From Fonticula alba ATCC 38817 (taxonomy: Eukaryota > Protista > Nucleariida), in assembly GCA_000388065.2 (NCBI GenBank), contig KB932217.1: a stretch of 40,131 nucleotides of DNA; one strand, written 5' to 3'. Shown in pieces: positions 32,237 through 40,131 of the stretch; positions within the stretch are counted from its first letter, which is position 1, and each line of letters opens with the position of its first letter. Below the pieces are notes generated by a model. That model saw nothing but the letters and a program-made list of their open reading frames with translations. It had not been told where the DNA came from and did not search any database. A program made the position numbers and the translations under genes.

Positions 32237-35114
32237 TCAGAGGCCGGGCCGAATGGTCGACAATCGGACACGCAACACGGCGGAAAAGATGACGCACATG
32301 GTGCGCAGCTTGCTGTTGAAGGTGGACGCATCGACCAGCTCATTCAGCTCCTTGGTGATGAGATCCTTGATCGAGGCGCTCAGGGTGCTCTGGACATCGG
32401 CACGCTCATCCTCGGACAGCTGGTAACCTGAACCGGGGGGAGATGGGTAGGGGGGTCAGTGGTGCGGTCGGGGACGCCATGCGTGAATGCGGCCACAAGA
32501 AAGCACGCTTACCCTTCAAGTGGGTGTCAATCGCCTCGGGCAGCTTGGCAGCCGCCTCAGTGACGAGGGTATCCATGCCGGGCCAGAACTGAGCATCGAT
32601 GGTGTTGAAGGCGAAGGCCAGATCGGCCTCGAGCTTGGTGGAAATCTCCTCCTGGAGAACGCAAGGAGAAGGGGGGGGGGGAGTGAGTCGCAAGCAGTAA
32701 TGGAAGGGGCAGAGGCGGCCGCTCGACAGGGGTGGATCGGCGAAGATGAGGCGTGTGGTGTACCTGCAGAGCGACCTCCTTGTTCTTGATGCCGGCGGCG
32801 CGGAGCTTCTCGAACACGGCGTTGATGTCCGCCGAGAACGGCTTCACCTGCTCCTCGTACTTCCACGGCGAGCCGGGAATGGTGAGAGCTGAAGGGGGGC
32901 AGGGGGGGGGGCAGCATGGAGGACGAGCAGGGAGGAGGTAGGGTGTCAGGAAAGAGGAGGGACCCCGAACGGAAGGGACGGGACCAACGCACAGCGGGCC
33001 GAATTCTCGAACGTAGCCAGCAGATGCTCCTTCTGCTTGAGAGCCTCAGTTGAGAAGCTGTCCGGGTTCTCGGCATTGAGTTTCTGCGGGCGCGTGCACA
33101 TGGTAGCGACGATGGCGGTGGCGATGCGGCGGCGATTGAGAAGCAGGATACAACCGACAGGGATCAGCACATGCAACGAGAGGCGCCGGGGACTGGAAGG
33201 TGCGAAAGGGAATGGGCGGGGGGGGGGGGGGGGGAAGGAAGGCGAAGAGGGAGAGCCCTGTGCGTACCTCGACGAAGGCGGTGAAGGACTTCAGAGAGGA
33301 CCGGTGGATGTTGCGGAGCTGCGCGGCGAACAGCATGTACAGGATCCCATGCAGCGTCTGAGCGAAGACATCACGCTCGGTCTGGAAGACCGAGGTCTCA
33401 TAGCGCGAGGCCTGGTGGCAGAAGGAGTCGAAGCTGGTCTGGTAGATGGTGTGCATGCGATCGGCCAGGTCGGCCACCTCGCGGCCGCCCTCCAGGGCGG
33501 TCTGCAGCTCCTGAACCTCGTCGTTGATGGAGTGCAGGATGTTGCGGGAGATTTCGTCGCAGCGGAACTTGGCCAGCAGCTGGCGCTGGGTCGGCAGGTC
33601 GAGGTCTTTGTTCGAGCAGATTTGCTCCTACAGCCCGGCAACGGATGGGAGGCCCCGTGTGTGTGTGTGTGTGTGTGTGTGTTTGGGGGGTGAGGGATGG
33701 GGTCCCGACAGTGGTAAGCAGGAGAGGACCCTAAACCGGCGAGCGGCGCAGCAAGACAGAGACGAGAGGAGGGACAGGGGCCGAGGAGGAACGCACCCAA
33801 ACCTCGCCGGCGAAGTGCCCCAGACCATCGGAGGGGATGCGCTTGCGGTACTCCTTCTTGAAGACGTAGTTCGGGTTGTCGGGGTCGGAGAACCACGGCT
33901 TCAGCTTCTCGACGGCCGCGTCAAATTCGGCCGCCTGGATGAGCTTGTGCGGGAGGGCCGTGAAGGCCAGGTCAAAGTACTGGCTGAGCTTGGCGTCCTC
34001 CAGGCCCTCGGGCTTGCGGATGCCCTCCCAGATCTGGTTCATGTCCTCCTCCAGGGTCTTGCTGAGCTCGGCCACCGGGGTGCCGTAGTGGTCACGAATG
34101 ACGAACAGCAGCAGGGTCTTCTGAGCACTGTGGACGTGGCCCATCGGCAGGGAGATTGAACATGGGGTAGAGTGGAGCAGGGGAAGGGTGAGTGGAGGGC
34201 GACATGTGGAAGTGCCCAGGAGGGGGGGGGGGGGGAGAAGGAGGGTGGCCGCACGCGCGCGCGTGCGCGTGTGGCGTGGTGCACGCACGAGGTTGACTGG
34301 AAAAGGCCAAGGTTGACCTCGAACACGGTGCGGAGGAGCCCGTAGTTGGAGGCGTTGGACCGGCCGATGTCGGTCTCCAGCAGGTTGATGAGCAGGACCT
34401 GGGAGATGGCCAGCGAGAAGAGGGCGCTCTTGCGCTCCATCTCCAGATCCTCACCGCGCTCACGGCTGTCGGTACCCTCGACATCCATGACGATGGTGTT
34501 CTCGGCAGTGCCACTGGTGGTCATCCAAAGACCTGCGACGCAGCAGAGGCGGAGCAGGCGGAAAGTCGGAGCAAGAAGGGTGAGTACACCGAAGGGGCGA
34601 GAGAGAGAGAGAGAGAGAGAGAGGAAGGGGGGTGTCAAGGTGCAAGGAAGCACTCGAGAAAATGGGCATACCCTTGGTGGTCTGCTGGCGACGGTTGGCG
34701 GTCATCACATCGAAGCCGGTGCCGAAGACCGTGTTCAGCAGAGTGCCTGAAGCCGGTCACGTCGGGGAAGGGAGAGGGGGGGGGGCATGAGGTGAGAACA
34801 TGGGCACCGGGGGCAGGCAGGCAGCCAGCAAGCAACAAAGAGGGGGCGCACTCTTGCCGGTGCTCTGAGCACCGAAAATGGCGATGAGGTTGTACTCATG
34901 GCCGGCGTCCTTGAGACCCCACTTGTCGTTGACATACTCCTGGATGTCCGGGCTGAGGAAAGGCAAGTCGGGGCGCCATGAGAAGACAGGTAAGTCAGGC
35001 CAGCCGAGGCAAAGGAGAGGAAGCTGTCCCTGGGGGGAACCGTGGCAGGGAAGAGGGAACATACGAGAGCTCAAGGTCCCCGGAAATGATGTTCAACATT
35101 GGGTTGGGGGACAT
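31103..35114 (-). CDS. SEY1: Sey1/RHD3 atlastin-like ER fusion GTPase, ~15 exons (internal boundaries only partly resolved)
   Basis: P-loop [13 protein letters not shown]|[16 protein letters not shown]|[18 protein letters not shown] and ERKSALF. Also [15 protein letters not shown] and [18 protein letters not shown]-terminal hairpin [18 protein letters not shown]. Exon 1 is 35114-35065; stop TGA at 31105-31103. Confidence 0.95.
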
Positions 35115-36010
35115 AGCGGTAGCAGGTGGAAGGGGAGGGTGATGAGGGGGGAAAGGGCGGAAGGTAGTGCGTGTGTGTGTGTGTGTGAACTGTGAACGGG
35201 GCAGCACAGGGCGGGGGGAGAGAAGGGGGGAGAGAAGAGGGAGGAGGGGTGGGCTGCCGAAGATCGGCCCCCGCCCAGGGCCGACTGGGCCGGGTGCTGA
35301 AAAGAACAATTAAGAGGGCCCTTGCTAGAGCAAGGCGGGGAGACAAGGGCCCGGGGGCGATCTCTGGGGCAACTCGGAAAAGGGAAAACAGGCCAGGCAC
35401 CGCGCAGTGGGCCAGGAAAACAACAGCCATCCGCTAGTGACCTCCCCCGTCCCTCTATCTCGGCCCCCGCCTTCCCCCCACCCCCTTCTCTCCGCCAGCG
35501 GTGATATGTTGTTGAGAAGGCGCGAAAGAAACTAGCGTCTTGCCGGTGGGTCATGTGACCAGGTGCCAATGGATATGTACATTTTTATTTTGATTGGCTG
35601 GCAGGCCCGCCTCCGGAGGAACGGAGGTGCGTGCGTGTGTGTGTTTGTATGTGTGAGAGAGGGGGGAGAAAGTGAGTGCATGAGCGCACAAGTGCACGAG
35701 TGCATGGGTGCACAAGTGCACGAGTGCATGGGTGCATGGGTGCGTGGTGCAGTATACGCGCGCAGGCATGCGCTGGAGGCGAGTGCACACAAGCGCTGTG
35801 TACGTGCGTGCGCAGTGCGTGTGTGTGTGTGTGTGTGTGTATGTGACTGAGGCGACAGCAGTAGGGAGAGGCATGTGCCGATGTGCGCATGGACGGGTGT
35901 GTGCCTGCCGGGGCGAGAGAGGGAGAGAGGGGGGGGGGGAACAGAAGGGACGGACTTCGCTCCTGCGGGGAAACGAAGTAGGACGAGGAGGAAGCCGGAC
36001 CAGAGGGAGC

Positions 36011-36776
36011 TTACTTCTTCTCGGCGAACTTGGAGATCTCCTCCTCCTTGGTCTGGTAGTCCATCTGCATCTTGCGGATCAGCTGGACAAGCTGTAGGCG
36101 AGGAAAGGGCAGAGAAAGAAAGAGATTAGACACGAGAAGCCGGGCAGGAACAAGAGCGAGGAGTGAGGGGCAAGAAGCGAAATGCGAGGAGCAGGAAGCC
36201 AGCAGCAAGGGCCAGGAGCAATGAAAGCAAATCCCGGCAGAGGGGGGGGGGAGGAGGGAGATGGGCCGGCCAGGGGGGAACGGCGCCAAGACAGGATACT
36301 ACGTACACCCTCGCGGACCTTCTGCAGCTCGGGCAGAACATCACCGACCTTGCGCTCGATCAGGGCATCGCCCATCTGGCGGAAGCACAGGCGCTCGCCA
36401 TCCATGGACTCGAGGGTGGCGATGGTGAGGCTGGTGCCGGGCAAGATGACGGGGCAGGAAAGGCAGTACGGGGGTACATGGTCGGCAGGAGACGGTGCCC
36501 AGCAGTCGAGGAAGGGGAAGGGGGGGCGGAAAAGGGAAGGGGTTGGGGAGACATGGTCAGTGTGAATTGGAGCCTGACGGCCAAAGGAGCAGTGATAGGG
36601 GGTGGGGGTGGAGCGAAGGAAGGACGGAGAGGGAGAGGGAGAGGGAGAGGGAGAGGGAAGGAGAGGGAGAGGAAGAGGGGGGGAGGGGGAGGAAAGGGGG
36701 GGGGGGGGGGATGGGGGGGGGGGAGGTGTTGCTATGGACCAGCCATCTGGNNNNNNNNNNNNNNNNNNNNNNNNNN

Positions 36777-36817
<41 letters not shown>

Positions 36818-36963
36818 GAGCGCATGGTGGCGGAAGGAGGGAAAAGGGCCCCGTACGAATACTCGTCGAGCTCGCCCTCAAGCTCCTGGATGCGCTTGGA
36901 CAGGATCTGCAGGTCCTGGCGCATCTGGTTGACAAGCTGCTGAGTGGTGGCCTGGCCTGACAT
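36011..36963 (-). CDS. PFDN2: Prefoldin subunit 2 (Gim4), 3 exons: 36963-36857, 36430-36307, 36091-36011 (~103 aa)
   Basis: QDLQILSKRIQELEGELDEYS|LTIATLESMDGERLCFRQMGDALIERKVGDVLPEL is the beta-type prefoldin 2 signature; junctions are phase-consistent. Confidence 0.92.
36751..36776. other. Assembly gap (N run) inside PFDN2 intron 1
   Basis: Ns in sequence. Confidence 1.
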
Positions 36964-38348
36964 GGTTCTGGCGCCGGCACGCGAATGGGCAACAAGGAGG
37001 TGGGTGTCAGAGAAGGGCAGCCGAGAATGGAGCGAAGCAGTCGCCAGAGGAGGGGAGCAACAGCCGAAACAGGAAGGCAGCACAGGCAGAGGCAGGGAAA
37101 CGAAGGGGAGTCGACACACAGTGGGCAGGGAGAAAGGGAGGCAGAGAGAGGGAATGAAGGGTCTCAGGGGAGGGGGGGAGGAGAGGAGAGAGCCAGCGAG
37201 TGGGGTTGAAGCCCGGGCGATGGACCGCCCTCGCCACAGGTCGGTGGCACTTGGGCACGCCCCCTTCCTGGCGAGGCGGAACGGGCGCCGTGCCGTACGA
37301 AAATGCCAGGCGGCAAGATTTGGAAGCAGACATTCCTCCCACCCCCCGGCCCCCCTCCCCTCCGCGAGCCTCACGCCCCCAAGCTAGCCAGAAGGGGGGC
37401 CCACCCAGCCGGGAGGCCCCGGGCGCGCGGCCCGCGCGTCCACCCAAGTTTGGGCCCGGCAAAAGGCAGGGCAAGGAGAAAAAGAGAAAGCGCGGACACC
37501 GGGAACCGCCGGAGGGGGGCGGCACACCATGGCCGAGCGGTGGGAGATCGGCCGTTGGCATGTGGTCAGGCGCGGCCCGCCGGCGTGTATGCATGATCTG
37601 GAAATGGTGAAATGCGGGATCGAACGGCCCGGGAAGGGCTAACGCGGGTTCGTGGTACTGTTCGAATTCCCGCGTTGGTTTGATTTAGGACTTCGTGGCC
37701 AACAGTGATCGCCCTCTTTCTCATCGGCCACCGCCGATGGCCTCGAAACAATATTGTGTCCTACTATTAAAGCAAAGATATCCCAAATGCGAGGATTTTC
37801 CCCGGGGCCGCGAGCGCTGACCCACGGCAGGCGCCCGCTTCATCGGCACTCCAAAACTCGAGGGTCAGCTCCGACCCTGGTGGGGCAGTTCTGGTGTGTC
37901 TCATTGCCGCCAGCCAGGCTGCCGGAACTTTATTTCCTCCCTGATGCGATGTCCCCTTGGTGCGGGGGTGTTGTCTGTGTCTGTTCTCCGTTCCTCTTCG
38001 TGGTCGGTGCGGGCTTTTTTTTTTTTTTAGGGAGTCCGAGGGGCGGCAGCGCGGGCGGCCGTAGGGTGCAAGTGCAGGCGTGTGTGAGTGTGGTCCCTGT
38101 GCACCCGGCATATCCCCACAGGTAGCAGGGGCGGGGGGCGGGGGGGGGGGGGACCTCCTCTCTCCCTCCTTCTCGCTCGCTCGTTCGCTCGACGGAGGCT
38201 GGTTGCATGCGGTCCGCGAGGGGCCACATCACCGGCGGCGAACTAATGGTGTGTCCCCCGGGGAAGGCAGGGGGGAGCCCGCGGTGGGTCGTTGGAAAAG
38301 GTGGACAAGCCGTGGCGCCCGCTTCATCGGCACTCCAAAACTCGAGGG

Positions 38349-38743
38349 NNNNNNNNNNNNNNNNNNNNNNNNNNNNNNNNNNNNNNNNNNNNNNNNNNNN
38401 NNNNNNNNNNNNNNNNNNNNNNNNNNNNNNNNNNNNNNNNNNNNNNNNNNNNNNNNNNNNNNNNNNNNNNNNNNNNNNNNNNNNNNNNNNNNNNNNNNNN
38501 NNNNNNNNNNNNNNNNNNNNNNNNNNNNNNNNNNNNNNNNNNNNNNNNNNNNNNNNNNNNNNNNNNNNNNNNNNNNNNNNNNNNNNNNNNNNNNNNNNNN
38601 NNNNNNNNNNNNNNNNNNNNNNNNNNNNNNNNNNNNNNNNNNNNNNNNNNNNNNNNNNNNNNNNNNNNNNNNNNNNNNNNNNNNNNNNNNNNNNNNNNNN
38701 NNNNNNNNNNNNNNNNNNNNNNNNNNNNNNNNNNNNNNNNNNN
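38349..38743. other. Assembly gap (N run)
   Basis: Ns in sequence. Confidence 1.
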
Positions 38744-38825
38744 CCCCCCTCCCCTCCCCACCGCGCCCCATCCCTTCCCGTAGTCTGGACATTCCCGTTC
38801 GCGTCATCTCCGCTGTGTAGCAACC

Positions 38826-40079
38826 ATGTTCTCTGTCAGCAAGCTCTCTCGGTGCGTACGCCTGTGTCGTGCTCCGTCCATTGCCATGTCACTCACCCCT
38901 CCACGCCGGTTTCCGCCCTCCCCCGCTCCCGTCCGTGCACTCGCGCAGCGATGCCATGCCCCTGATGCGCCAGGTGTGTAGCTGCCCCGCTGTCCACGTA
39001 TTTCCCCGGCCCGGCCGGGCCCGGCCTCCCGCCTGACCCTCCCCCCTAACGCTGTCCTCTCCTTGTGTTCCTCCCCCCCCCCCCCTTCGCCAGGCCTACC
39101 TCCGCATCTCGCCCACTGTCATGCCGGTCCGTCATCTGAACCTGCACGAGTACCAGAGCAAGGATCTCATGAACGAGTATGGCATCAACACCCAGAAGTT
39201 CAAGCTCGTCACCTCCGCCGACGGCGCGGCCGATGTTGCCTCTTCCCTCAGTGCGTCTGGGTTTTCTTGTCGCCGCTCTGTCATGGCCTGGTGTCCGCCG
39301 CGTGCCTGAAATGCGCCCAATGCTCGCCCCCTCACCCTCTGTTTCTTTCTTTCCTTTTCCCTCCCTCGTTCCTCCATCCCCCCCCCCCGGCCCCGGCTCA
39401 GACGTCCCGGAGTACGTCATCAAGGCCCAGGTCCATGCCGGTGGCCGTGGTAAGGGCACCCTCTCCAGTGGTCTGAAGGGCGGTGTGCACCTGACCCGCG
39501 ACCCGAAGGTGGCCGAGGACCTGACTCGCCAGATGCTCGGGTACAACATCTTCACCCAGCAGACCCCGCCCGAGGGTGTCACCGTCAAGAGCGTGCGTCC
39601 TCCTCCCCCCCCCCCCACAGCACCCCCGTCCCCCGGCACAAGCACCTACTGACGCTTCCCCTTACTTGGTCTCGGCCGCTCCCTGCCCTCTCCCCCCCCC
39701 CCGCCCGCCCGGCCGGCGCATTGTCTTTTCACACAGGTCATGATTGCCCAGGCTCTGGACATCGCCCACGAGTCGTACTTCGCCATCCTCATGGATCGCG
39801 GCTTCGGTGGCCCGGTGCTGGTGGCCTCCCCCCAGGGCGGCATGGACATCGAGGCCGTCGCCGAGGAGACCCCGGAGCTGATCTACAAGCAGGCGGTCGA
39901 CATTTCCAAGGGCCTGGCCCCGGCCGACGTGATGGACCTCGTGGAGAAGATGGGCTTCACCGATGACAAGAGCAAGGCCGAGGCCGCGGACCAGATCGCC
40001 CGCCTGTACAAGCTCTTCATCGATGTCGATGCCACCCAGGTGGAGATCAACCCCTTCGGCAAGGACACCGATGGCAACG
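38826..40079 (+). CDS. SUCLG2: Succinyl-CoA ligase beta subunit, GDP-forming-like, 5' partial; exons 38826-38851, 38949-38973, 39094-39250, 39402-39592, 39737-40079, continuing beyond the window
   Basis: RHLNLHEYQSKDLM, YVIKAQVHAGGRGKG, GLKGGVHLT, YFAILMDR, SPQGGMDIEAVA and DATQVEINPFG motifs; two 25-26 nt presequence exons with consistent phases. Confidence 0.92.
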
Positions 40080-40131
40080 GTGCGTGGACACATCGTCCCC
40101 GTGTGTGGGCACATGCCGGGGGGGGTGGGGG

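Noticed and set aside
37600-37680. tRNA gene suggested by GTTCGA motifs on both strands
   Set aside because: No pairing T-stem, acceptor stem or D-arm could be built.

Overview
GC-rich, intron-rich eukaryotic genomic DNA with four N-gaps. Gene content and intron style point to a unicellular opisthokont, most plausibly a nucleariid such as Fonticula (inference, not verified). I hand-spliced eleven protein-coding genes. In order: a GATA zinc-finger factor (+), proteasome alpha-1 PSMA6 (-), SDHAF2 (-), an SREBP-type bHLH factor (-), a cyclin L-like protein (-), IBA57 (+), a LysM protein (-), an LCAT-family acyltransferase (-), a TMX3-like PDI (-), SEY1 (-) and prefoldin 2 (-). The 5' part of a succinyl-CoA ligase beta gene (+) runs off the right end, and a possible small orphan ORF lies at 30470-30835. 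The most notable observation is invisible in the ORF track because it is spread over 14 exons (21912-25898). This ~850 aa gene joins a membrane anchor and a degenerate cyclic-nucleotide-binding (CNB) domain to an acyltransferase resembling plant phospholipid:sterol acyltransferase (PSAT1). Other notable points: 0 of 41 hand-verified 5' splice sites have A at +4 (20 are GTGCGT), the GATA factor has an Ash1-like second C4 module, and the SREBP-signature bHLH has no transmembrane segments. No tRNA, rRNA, CRISPR array or transposon was recognised. All homology calls are from motif recognition by eye; no searches were run.
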